Under the pieces are notes generated by a model, which was given only the letters and a program-made list of their open reading frames with translations, searched no databases and was not told where the DNA came from. Source: a virus (lineage: Duplodnaviria > Caudoviricetes). From it: a stretch of DNA of 64,000 bases. This document shows positions 9,571 through 19,251 of the stretch, piece by piece. The stretch lies in the IMG/VR virus record IMGVR_UViG_3300032319_000846, positions 64,001-128,000 of that record; one strand, written 5' to 3'. A program made the position numbers and the translations under genes. Numbering within the stretch: position 1 is the first letter of the stretch; every line of letters begins with the position of its first letter.

Positions 9571-12500
9571 TCTTTAGTTATATTTTCATCTCCTCCAAAA
9601 TCTTCCCAAGTGATTTCTGGTTGTACTTGTTTTTTCATCTTTAAATTAAAGTTTTCTTCAATAACTTGTGTTGTTGCAGCTACTACCTCATCATATAATG
9701 TATAATTAGTTCCTGTAAACCATCTGGAAATAATAGCTACAATTTCATCAAATAGATTTTTGTATTTTTTTCCTTCAGAAGGAGGATATTGTTTTAGATA
9801 TTTGATAAAATCAGAATTTGTAAACACTTCTGTAGCCATTTCATAAACATCTTTAATTCCATAAATGTCCTCTTTCATTGTAGCATTTACGTAATTATAA
9901 AGCTTCACAAAATCTTGAGAAATAGTAGATTCTACTCTGTTAATTTGGTCAAATGTTAAAGCATGTACAATCTCATGTAAAATTGTAGATTCTCCATTAC
10001 CTTTTGGAAAAGTAATTTTTTCTGAAATTTCTATATAAGGTGCTGTTCCTGTTAAAATTCCTGTAGAATAATATCCTCTTTCTGTGGACTTACTAAGACC
10101 AACTTTAGGAATAAGTTTTACAGGAATATCTTCACTTCTTTTAGGAAGTTTTGTTAATAAAACTTTAGATAATAAACTAAAATATGGATTGTTAGCTTGT
10201 TGTATATTTTGTAAAGCTTCTTTAATTGTAATAACATCTTTTCCTTTAAAAATTCTTTCCCTTAATGTAGGGTCAGTAGCTAAAGGTCTTGTATCATCTT
10301 TTCCAGTTTGATAGTCTAACAAATAATCATTTCTGTTATCAGAATTAAAATCATCATTATTTACTTCAACATCATCAAATGGATTATACTCAACATCCTC
10401 ATTAGAAAGAAATCCTGTAAAATCTTCTTCAGTTAGTACATAAGTGTTAACATCATTTTCCACTTCTTCATTTAATTGTGGGGTTTCTTTTACAGCTATA
10501 GTTTCTTTTGTTTCAAATTCATATTTATTAATTAAATAATCTAAAGCATTAGCATGAGAAGGTTCTCCTAATTCTTTATAATATACAATTGGTTTGTTTT
10601 TTAAAACACCTGATTTTAATACTTCTCTAATCCATTGTGCTCTTTCTTCTTGAGAATTTAATACCCAATCAATATATCTTTCAACACTTTCTTTAGTAGA
10701 ATTTGTTTTAATTAATCCATCTTTTTCCACTAATTTTTTATCACTACTAAAAGGATTTCCAAAATGTTTATTTTTTCCATCTACTCTTAAACTAAATACT
10801 CCATCAATAGATTTAGCATATTCTACACCTGCTTTTTGATAAACAGATTTAATAACAATATTTCCTGATTGTGTTTTAATAGGAAGTTGAGAATAGATTA
10901 GACTACTATTTTCCTGTTTAGAAGTTGTATATAAAGATAACTGTTCTTTAGCTTTTTTATAAGCTGCTACTAACACTTTAATAAAATTACTCTCTAATCC
11001 TTTACCTTCCCATCTTGAGTTTTTTGTTCCAACAATATGTGAAGAGTTTTCAATAAATTCAATACCTCCTCTTTTATCTATCTCTTGAATAAGTTCTGGA
11101 TATTTTAAGAATTTCTGAATTTGTAATTTAGCCATTAAATTCATATCATATTTCAAAGCTTCTTCAACAGCAAGTTGTGGAGCAGTTTTTAAACTTTGAT
11201 TAGCTTTATAAATACTTTCCACATCAAACATATTTCCTTTACTATCAGGAATCTGATATTTTGAATAAGTTGGGTTTGTAAGTGCTTTTCCTAACCAATC
11301 TGAAGATTTACTAAATATATTTATACCTTTTAAAGTAGAAACCCCTTCTTTGGGTTTTTCAAAAATAGAAAGTTGCATTTTCTTAGGGGAAGTTGTTAAA
11401 GTTTTTCTTTCTCCTAAAGATACAAAATTTACAGGAACATAACTAGCTTTTCTTAAACTTTGTTTTCTGTAATTGTGAATATTTTCCACATCTCTATAAG
11501 TGTTATATCCAAATAATCCATTAACTCCTTGTTCTAACATTCCTACACTATCTAATTTATAAAGCTTTTTATCATTTACCAAAAACAAAGGTGCAGCAAA
11601 TACTTGATTTGTATCTACAACTTTAATGTAAGGAAGAAGTGAGTTTTTAGCAAATAATCCAAAAATACTTTCTTTATCTTCTTCTTTTTTATTTTCATTT
11701 GATTTCTTTAACAATGCTGTTGCTTGTTCCAAATCTACAGTGATTCCTTCATTCCTAACACTCACTATATTATAAGAATCACCTTTGTAGTTTATAACTA
11801 TACTGTCTTCTGCTTGAGGAATATATTTCATATTATTCTTATTTAAAGCAAAAGCTGTAGTAGCATCAATAACAGCAGCATTCATCTGCTCCTCATTAAA
11901 GAATTTACGACTTAGATAGTCCTCTAATGCAGCAGAGTGCTCTTTAAAGAAGAAAGGAGAGATAGCTTTAGATAAACTACCTTTTCTAAATAACCATCCA
12001 TCTTTTACAACAAAATAAGCAAACAATTCATCTGCAAGCTTTTCATCTACTGTTACTTCTACATTATCAATTGTTTCTGTAATGTTTAAATTAAGTGTAC
12101 TTCTGAATAAGCTTTCAAATCCATCAATTAAAGAAGTTTGGTCTTTTCCACTCATCTTACTGAATGTAGGAATCTCTAACACTCTTGCAGCAGAGTTAGC
12201 TCCAAATTTAATTTTATTTAAGAATGTATTTTTCTCAAACACCTCTACACTTGCATCACCTTTGTTTTTGTCAATATATTGAAGTAATGCTCTAATTTTA
12301 TTAACTACGACTTTAGTATTATCATATACTTCATTGTAAATAGAAAGTTTAGCAGGATTAACAGTTTCAAGATAATCGTAATACAACTTAGAATATAAAT
12401 AAGACATTAACTCACTATCTACCACCTCTTTAAATCTCCTACTGTTAGAAGTTTTTAATTCATTCTTTACTCCCTGATAAAACTCTTTAGTTTCAGGTTT

Positions 12501-15500
12501 ATAATGCACAAATAAATCCTGCATCTTTGTCTCTAAAGCTGTTTCAGGATTGTTGAATAAAATGTTTGCATAATTAGTTAACTGCCCATCAAAATATTTT
12601 ATCTTAGTATGTACATCTGTATAAGGTTCAGAAGGCATTTCTTCAGGAAACAGTTTAGCATAAGAATCGAGAAGCTTTTCCCAATCATCTGTAGATTTAC
12701 CAATTCCTCTTTTAAGTTTTATAAAATCCATAATAGGATTTATTTCTTCCATTGTTTTAAGAGCATTAATAGCTGCTCCTACTACTTCTCTTCCTACTTC
12801 TGATATATTGGTTTTTAAATCAGAAATAATATTTTCTTGTGTAAACTCTTTCTTTGAAATTGGGATTACGTTACGTAATTTTTCAAGAATTTCTATATCT
12901 TTATCATATCTTCTTTTTTGTTCAGCTTCATTCTGCACTTTGTTCTCTTTAGTAGAAAGCATATTAAAATATCCTTTCAAACTTGGATGATTAACTACAG
13001 CAATAGCAACTTTCATACTATGTCCCTGTAATAATAAAGGAACCATAATATTTAATCTTGGAATAGTAAGATTGTATTTGGCATTTTGTTGGTCTTTAGC
13101 TTCATCTGTAGCAGCAGAGATAAGGGTACTTATCATATCAAATAACCTCTTACCTCCATATACATAATCCTTAACAGAAGAATTTCCAACTTCTTTTTCT
13201 CCGTATTTAATAATTGTAGGATATAAAAAGTTAACGTTCATCCTTCTCAGTGCAATTGCAAGTAGGTTAGCGTTTACAGATACAGCAATATTCTTCTTAC
13301 CTGTTGTAGTATTTTTATGAGAAAGTGATTGAGCTAACCAAGAGTGAATTGAATATACAAAGTTTTTATTAAATATATCAAGATTTTTAAAATCAGGGTC
13401 ATTAGCAAGTGTTTCTTTTAATTCGTCCTGTGTTGCAGGAGTTTTGTAAATAGCCTCCACTTTATAATACCCTTCTTCATCTTTATATTCAGATTTTTCT
13501 ATTTGTTCTCCCTCTGTATTAAAATATTTAGCTTTAAGGGTTTCATCATTTGTAAGTGCAAGTTGTCTAATTTCTAAGATTTCATTATTAATAGCTCCTA
13601 TATTTTTTGTATAACTCTCTTTATATTCCTGCTCTGTAGAAGGAAGTTGTAATTCTTTTAAAGAAAGCTCAATTAAATCCTGTTCGATTTCATCAAGTTC
13701 CTGTAGTCTTAATAATGTAGTAAGTCTGTTATCTTTTAATTTAGCAAACAGATTTCCTGTTTCAGGATTGTATTCTAAATCTTGTTCTATTTTTTCTTCA
13801 ATAGTAAATTCTAAATCTTCAATTTGTGTTTGAAGTTTTTTAATTTTTTTTGTATAACTACCTTTTTTAGTAGAAGGTTGTTCTTCTCTTTCTTCAATAA
13901 AATCATCTACTTGATTTATTAATATTTCTTTTTCTTCTTCAAGTTTTTTAACATCTAAAGAAGCATAGGTTTCTACGTATCCTTTAAAAGCAGATTCATA
14001 TTGTTTTCTTAAAGAAAGTAAAATTCTAATTTGTTCTTTTTTGTTATTATAAAATACATCCTCTTTCTTTTTTCCTTTAACAATTCTTTTTAAAGCTTTG
14101 TTTTCACTTGTTTGAAACTCCACATAATCTTCCCAAGTGTCTGTATACTTAGTTCCATCTTCTTTTAACTCAGGTTTGTTTAAGAACAATTTATCAATGT
14201 CAAAGTCACTACCTGAAAGTTGTACAATTTCTTTAGCTGTAATAATAGTGTTTCCATAATATTCAGGAAGTGCATCAACCCATTCAATATTTACAGCAGA
14301 GTGTTTATCTTGTGAAGGAATTCTCACTCCTTGCATCCATCTACTATCATTTGTAATTTTAATCTTTGGATTATATGTAGGAAGCATTGCTTCTGTAAAT
14401 GTTCCCAAGTGAGGTTTGTCTTTATTTACTACACCATTAGCATCTACATTCCATCTTGGTTTGTTATGTCTTAAATCATCTATAAAATAAGCACCTTCTC
14501 CCAAAGCTTTAAGTCGCTGCACTAATGCTGTATCTTCTGTAGCAAAATTAATTTGTTCAAAATCATCTGTTTCATCATAGATGAAATTCTTTTCATTATC
14601 ACTAAAGTCTAATATAGAAGCTTCATCTAATTGTTGTTTCCAATCCTCAGTGTTTCTTTGAACTACTTCCCAACTATATACATCTCTTGTTTCTCCATCT
14701 TTATTTGTATACTTATATGTAACAACTCTTTTTAAAGGTTTAAAACCAAAAGAAGAAACGTGAGCTAATGCATCTCCTGCTACTTTTTGTTGTAATACAC
14801 CTTTTGAAAAATGTGAAAAGAAAAGGTTGACAAATTTTTCAAGTGTGATACTCATATTAGGATTGTACACTTTATTTCCATTTGCATCAGGAGTATAGAA
14901 TGTAAGAGTTTGAACATCCGCTCCAGAAGAAGCAAGAGTGTCTTGTGCTTTAGATAAGAAGTTTTTCCATCTAAACCCCTTACTGTCGTATAACTCCTTA
15001 GTAGCTTGTAAAAAAGCAGCACTATCTCTTTGAGAAAGAAGATTTTGGTATTCCTGTAATAAATCTATTTCTACTTTAGTTTTTCCATCTTTTATAATAA
15101 CAAGCTTTCCTAATTCATTAACAACAATTTCCTGATTTTGTGAAGGGTCAAATATTCTTAATTTTCCAGCAGGGTTTTCCATTTGTAATCCATAGAAATC
15201 TGCATCTATTTTCATAATACTGTTTCTAACATCTTCTTTAATATTAGATGAGGTGTAGTCAGCATTATACATGTTAGCTGTAAGCATTTTAGAAGTAGAT
15301 TTAGGAGCATACAAATCAAATCCATGCTCATACATTGCTTTTCTTACACCATGTAAAAATTCACTTCCTTTGATTGGTTTCCAGTTCTTTTCATCTAATA
15401 ATGTAGCAATTTGTTCTGCTGTATAATCTTCCAATTTCTCAGGAAGCTCTTTTCTTGAGATTTTATTTCCTTCCCTATCTGTTAAAACACCTGTAAAAAT

Positions 15501-18500
15501 AGACGTAACATCTTTAGTAAGCATCATCGAACCTGTTTTAATATAGATGTATCCATCAAATCCAACAGGTTTATCTACATTGAAATAGATGTTATTTTTC
15601 TTTAAATAAGCTTGCTCTTTATTTGAAACTTCCACTCCATATTCAATTTTAGTAAGAATATCAGCAACAGGTTTTGTAAGTTTGTTTTGAGAATGTAGGA
15701 ATTTTCTTTTCATATCTACTGATTGCCATGTTTGAGCATCAGCAGCATCAATCTTTCCATTATCAACACCTGATAATTGTACTATTTCATTTCCTACCAC
15801 AACTCTCACTTCTGCTGTAGGAGTGTTAACTCCAAGTGCAGCATTAGTAAATCCTGTTTTCATAGATACAATAGCAGCATTTCTACCCCCAAATCTTTTA
15901 TTCATATCTACTCCATCATTCTTATACAATAGGGCATTATCCCCATGTATTAATTGATTGATGTAGATAGCGTTTAACATACTGGATAAAAAGTACTCTT
16001 TTAGTTCAGCATATTTAACATAAGGATTGTATGGTAGGAGTTCTCCTACAAGTATTCCTTGATTTCTTAACTCTGTAAGATGTGCTTGGTATAACAATTC
16101 ATATTGTGAAGCTACAGTGGTAATAGTAGAATTAGCAAATGTTAAATCAGGGTTTTCTAAAGCTCTTTTTCTTATTGTTTCAGTTTCTTTATTTTCCATA
16201 AATCCTTTAAGGGCATCAGAAAATTCTAAAGCTTTTGGACTTCCTTTTGTTACATTAAATCCTATAAATTGTCCTTCTCCATTGTATTTAGGAAGCACTC
16301 TTCCTGTATGAAATCCTTCAAAAACATCTCCAAACTTTTGTTTTACACTTGGATTAGAAGAAATAAGTGCATTAGTAATTAGTATATATTTTTCTCCTGT
16401 TTTTTCATCTGTTTTAATTATACTTTCTCCTAATGTAACAATAGCTTCTGCTATTTTAGCAGCTTGTTCTTTTATTCTGTTATACTCCTTTTTAATTTCA
16501 TCTTTAACAAGATTTTCTGTAGCAGGAGTCATTACTCCTTCTATGAACAAATCTTGTGTTTCTATTACTTCTTCAGGAATTCCGTTTTCATCTTCTATAA
16601 TCTTTGTAATTTTATTTTTAACATCTATAATCTCAACAAAATCTGCTGTTCTTTTAGCTTCTAACACACCAACCAATAAAGGTCTTACTGTAATACCATT
16701 TTCTTTTCTTTGTGTTTGTCTAAAAGCTAAATTCAATCTAAGAACATTAAAATCTTTATTTGTCATTCCTCCAAATGTATTAGCTTCTTCATTGAAATTA
16801 ATACCATCAATAGAAATGTGTTTTAATTTAGTAAGGAACTTTTTCCAATTTTTATCTGCAAACTTTTTAACATAATAATTTTCAGTAAAAAATGGTTTGT
16901 TGGATTCAAGAAATTTTCCATCTGCATACTCATGTGTAACCCCATCAACTTTATCTTCCCACCATTTCTGGTTATGCATAAAATAGTTTAAATAAGCTAA
17001 ATGCTGAGTTTTATATTGATATGTGTAGATGTTTTTATTTTCTGCGTTTTTATAAGAAGATTCTATAAGAGCTTCATCAAAATAAGCATTGATTTCAGCT
17101 AAATCTTTAGATGTTCCTGCTTCATTCCAATTGGTAATTTCATCAGCAGTTATTTGAGGAAAAGTTTTAGTAAATAAAGAAATGATAGGGTCTATATTAT
17201 ATTCTCCAATATACTCTTTAAATGTATAATACTCAGGAAAGAATTTTCTTATTGCTTCTTCTTTAGCCGCTAGCTCTTCATCTGTTTTAGATTTTGTAGA
17301 TTCTTGTCTTTGAGCTATAATATATTTTAGTGTATGATTGGATATTTGTAAATTAAAAGTACGCTTCAATCTTTCAAAAGCATTGTATTGATTAAATAAT
17401 GAAGCATAATCTTTATTACTTAATGCAGAAATATCTGTTCCTTTAGCTACAACTTTTTTCTCTTCTCTTGCAGCAGCAAATGTAGAAAGTCCATCTTTAA
17501 ATTGTCCAATTTGATTATTAACTACAGAATTACTGTTAGCTGAAAACACTTTAGATAAAAGTTTTCCATCTTTACTGTCTATTGTATTAACCCAATTATC
17601 CCTTACCCAAAAATCAAATCCTTTAAGAACACTTTGAAGAATGTATTTTCTATCTTCTCTTACACCTTCTAAATTATTAATTAAACCAATGTCTTTATAT
17701 CCACTCTCTTTAATTTGTTGATGTATCTCATCTATGCTTGCTTTAAAAGCTTCTTTAGATGCTGTTGTAGGATTTTCCAATACATCATCCATTATCTTAT
17801 TAAAGAAAGATGAAGATGCAGAATTTCCTTCAATACTAGAGAAATCTTTTAATCTCTTGAGTCTCTCTCCTTCATGTTGAGAATTAGAAAGTGCTCTTGC
17901 AAGTCCATAATACACTCTGTTTGTATCAACCACTTGAATTAAAGGAACTTGTTTTGAAACTCCTCCTAAATCTATAGCGATAAATACAGGATTATTAAAT
18001 TCATCATACACCAAATCTCCTGTAGTTCCAATATAAGCTTTTAACCATTTGCTCATACTATCTTCCATACTTTTTTCATTAGCTGATGTAGCATCACTCC
18101 AGAGTTGCATCTGAGATTCTTCATCATCTTGTTCATCTAAGTTTTCATTAAACTGGTCATTAAGGTATTTTATAACATCTTCTTTTAAGTTATTATAAGA
18201 AGGATTTGGGGTGTACACTTCTTCATAGTCATCATAGGTTTCTTTTTTCAATAAAGGAGCAAGTTTTTTCCAATTTTCTAAAGCGATATTAGGAAGACTA
18301 TCATAAATCCCTTTTAACACAATATCCATCACTTCAGATTTTTTGATAGAAATATCTTCAGATTCTTCTACACTATCTTTTAGTTTTAGATATACTTGAG
18401 AAATGTTTCTTATAATTTCTTGTGATTCTTGTGCTGACAATAACACTTTATTATCATTTTCATCTCGAAATTCAATCAATCTTGTTGTGGGAAACTTATC

Positions 18501-19250
18501 AGTATTCTCATTTACAATATTTGATTTTCTAAACTTTCCATCATTTATATCTTTGAAGAAGAGTTCAAGTTTAGTTCTGTTTCTTAGCGAACTATTGAAT
18601 AGTGAGCGTATCCAATTAAAGAATCTTACAAGTAAACTCTTAGCACTTGTTGGAAGAGCTTTAATAGGAAAATCTGCAATTTGTTGTTCTAAAGATGTAA
18701 CAGGATTATATGAATACCAATTAACAAATTTATTAGCAATAGTTTCTTCATAAGCTCTATCCATAGCTTCTCTATCACTCATTTGTGAATAAGTAGTTGG
18801 ATATTTGCTTCGTAAATCTTGTATATACTCTTTAACTGTCGCATTACCAAGCTTACTAATAAGAATTTGCTTTCCTATATTTAAAAATTCCTGCTTTCTA
18901 TCTCCTGTAATTAGAGTTTGAAATATAGCGTGGAAAGCTTCTTCAGCTATTTCCTTTTTTGTTGAATTTTCACCAAAATAAAGAACATTATTAAAAAAAG
19001 CTGCTTTAGCTTCTTTTGGTAATTCTGCTACAATGTTATTAATATTATCAATAGCAAATACACCTTGAGGTAACAAGCGATAGGTTTCCTCGTGTAGTTG
19101 AGAATCTGATAATACTGAAAACTCTGTATTCTCAAAAGCAGAAAGAGAAGGTAGCTCATCTCCATGTTTTACATATTGTTCTACAGTGAACTTTGCTCCA
19201 TATTTTTTACTCCAATCCAGAAAGTTCTGGTCAATTCTGATACATGACAT
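9555..19250 (-). CDS. Single-chain virion-packaged DNA-dependent RNA polymerase (crAss-like, phi14:2 gp66 type) with accessory domains, 3231 aa
   Basis: Catalytic loop SGSDFDIDKLF (DFDID at 14193-14207) preceded by RIPSQ; also DAQ, GLQMENP and ISAATDEAKD motifs of two-barrel RNAPs. C-terminal NADAR-like, DUF4326-like and HEIVH zincin modules. Confidence 0.9.
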   Translation of the reverse strand: MSCIRIDQNFLDWSKKYGAKFTVEQYVKHGDELPSLSAFENTEFSVLSDSQLHEETYRLLPQGVFAIDNINNIVAELPKEAKAAFFNNVLYFGENSTKKEIAEEAFHAIFQTLITGDRKQEFLNIGKQILISKLGNATVKEYIQDLRSKYPTTYSQMSDREAMDRAYEETIANKFVNWYSYNPVTSLEQQIADFPIKALPTSAKSLLVRFFNWIRSLFNSSLRNRTKLELFFKDINDGKFRKSNIVNENTDKFPTTRLIEFRDENDNKVLLSAQESQEIIRNISQVYLKLKDSVEESEDISIKKSEVMDIVLKGIYDSLPNIALENWKKLAPLLKKETYDDYEEVYTPNPSYNNLKEDVIKYLNDQFNENLDEQDDEESQMQLWSDATSANEKSMEDSMSKWLKAYIGTTGDLVYDEFNNPVFIAIDLGGVSKQVPLIQVVDTNRVYYGLARALSNSQHEGERLKRLKDFSSIEGNSASSSFFNKIMDDVLENPTTASKEAFKASIDEIHQQIKESGYKDIGLINNLEGVREDRKYILQSVLKGFDFWVRDNWVNTIDSKDGKLLSKVFSANSNSVVNNQIGQFKDGLSTFAAAREEKKVVAKGTDISALSNKDYASLFNQYNAFERLKRTFNLQISNHTLKYIIAQRQESTKSKTDEELAAKEEAIRKFFPEYYTFKEYIGEYNIDPIISLFTKTFPQITADEITNWNEAGTSKDLAEINAYFDEALIESSYKNAENKNIYTYQYKTQHLAYLNYFMHNQKWWEDKVDGVTHEYADGKFLESNKPFFTENYYVKKFADKNWKKFLTKLKHISIDGINFNEEANTFGGMTNKDFNVLRLNLAFRQTQRKENGITVRPLLVGVLEAKRTADFVEIIDVKNKITKIIEDENGIPEEVIETQDLFIEGVMTPATENLVKDEIKKEYNRIKEQAAKIAEAIVTLGESIIKTDEKTGEKYILITNALISSNPSVKQKFGDVFEGFHTGRVLPKYNGEGQFIGFNVTKGSPKALEFSDALKGFMENKETETIRKRALENPDLTFANSTITTVASQYELLYQAHLTELRNQGILVGELLPYNPYVKYAELKEYFLSSMLNAIYINQLIHGDNALLYKNDGVDMNKRFGGRNAAIVSMKTGFTNAALGVNTPTAEVRVVVGNEIVQLSGVDNGKIDAADAQTWQSVDMKRKFLHSQNKLTKPVADILTKIEYGVEVSNKEQAYLKKNNIYFNVDKPVGFDGYIYIKTGSMMLTKDVTSIFTGVLTDREGNKISRKELPEKLEDYTAEQIATLLDEKNWKPIKGSEFLHGVRKAMYEHGFDLYAPKSTSKMLTANMYNADYTSSNIKEDVRNSIMKIDADFYGLQMENPAGKLRIFDPSQNQEIVVNELGKLVIIKDGKTKVEIDLLQEYQNLLSQRDSAAFLQATKELYDSKGFRWKNFLSKAQDTLASSGADVQTLTFYTPDANGNKVYNPNMSITLEKFVNLFFSHFSKGVLQQKVAGDALAHVSSFGFKPLKRVVTYKYTNKDGETRDVYSWEVVQRNTEDWKQQLDEASILDFSDNEKNFIYDETDDFEQINFATEDTALVQRLKALGEGAYFIDDLRHNKPRWNVDANGVVNKDKPHLGTFTEAMLPTYNPKIKITNDSRWMQGVRIPSQDKHSAVNIEWVDALPEYYGNTIITAKEIVQLSGSDFDIDKLFLNKPELKEDGTKYTDTWEDYVEFQTSENKALKRIVKGKKKEDVFYNNKKEQIRILLSLRKQYESAFKGYVETYASLDVKKLEEEKEILINQVDDFIEEREEQPSTKKGSYTKKIKKLQTQIEDLEFTIEEKIEQDLEYNPETGNLFAKLKDNRLTTLLRLQELDEIEQDLIELSLKELQLPSTEQEYKESYTKNIGAINNEILEIRQLALTNDETLKAKYFNTEGEQIEKSEYKDEEGYYKVEAIYKTPATQDELKETLANDPDFKNLDIFNKNFVYSIHSWLAQSLSHKNTTTGKKNIAVSVNANLLAIALRRMNVNFLYPTIIKYGEKEVGNSSVKDYVYGGKRLFDMISTLISAATDEAKDQQNAKYNLTIPRLNIMVPLLLQGHSMKVAIAVVNHPSLKGYFNMLSTKENKVQNEAEQKRRYDKDIEILEKLRNVIPISKKEFTQENIISDLKTNISEVGREVVGAAINALKTMEEINPIMDFIKLKRGIGKSTDDWEKLLDSYAKLFPEEMPSEPYTDVHTKIKYFDGQLTNYANILFNNPETALETKMQDLFVHYKPETKEFYQGVKNELKTSNSRRFKEVVDSELMSYLYSKLYYDYLETVNPAKLSIYNEVYDNTKVVVNKIRALLQYIDKNKGDASVEVFEKNTFLNKIKFGANSAARVLEIPTFSKMSGKDQTSLIDGFESLFRSTLNLNITETIDNVEVTVDEKLADELFAYFVVKDGWLFRKGSLSKAISPFFFKEHSAALEDYLSRKFFNEEQMNAAVIDATTAFALNKNNMKYIPQAEDSIVINYKGDSYNIVSVRNEGITVDLEQATALLKKSNENKKEEDKESIFGLFAKNSLLPYIKVVDTNQVFAAPLFLVNDKKLYKLDSVGMLEQGVNGLFGYNTYRDVENIHNYRKQSLRKASYVPVNFVSLGERKTLTTSPKKMQLSIFEKPKEGVSTLKGINIFSKSSDWLGKALTNPTYSKYQIPDSKGNMFDVESIYKANQSLKTAPQLAVEEALKYDMNLMAKLQIQKFLKYPELIQEIDKRGGIEFIENSSHIVGTKNSRWEGKGLESNFIKVLVAAYKKAKEQLSLYTTSKQENSSLIYSQLPIKTQSGNIVIKSVYQKAGVEYAKSIDGVFSLRVDGKNKHFGNPFSSDKKLVEKDGLIKTNSTKESVERYIDWVLNSQEERAQWIREVLKSGVLKNKPIVYYKELGEPSHANALDYLINKYEFETKETIAVKETPQLNEEVENDVNTYVLTEEDFTGFLSNEDVEYNPFDDVEVNNDDFNSDNRNDYLLDYQTGKDDTRPLATDPTLRERIFKGKDVITIKEALQNIQQANNPYFSLLSKVLLTKLPKRSEDIPVKLIPKVGLSKSTERGYYSTGILTGTAPYIEISEKITFPKGNGESTILHEIVHALTFDQINRVESTISQDFVKLYNYVNATMKEDIYGIKDVYEMATEVFTNSDFIKYLKQYPPSEGKKYKNLFDEIVAIISRWFTGTNYTLYDEVVAATTQVIEENFNLKMKKQVQPEITWEDFGGDENITKECLIG

Positions 19251-19251
19251 A

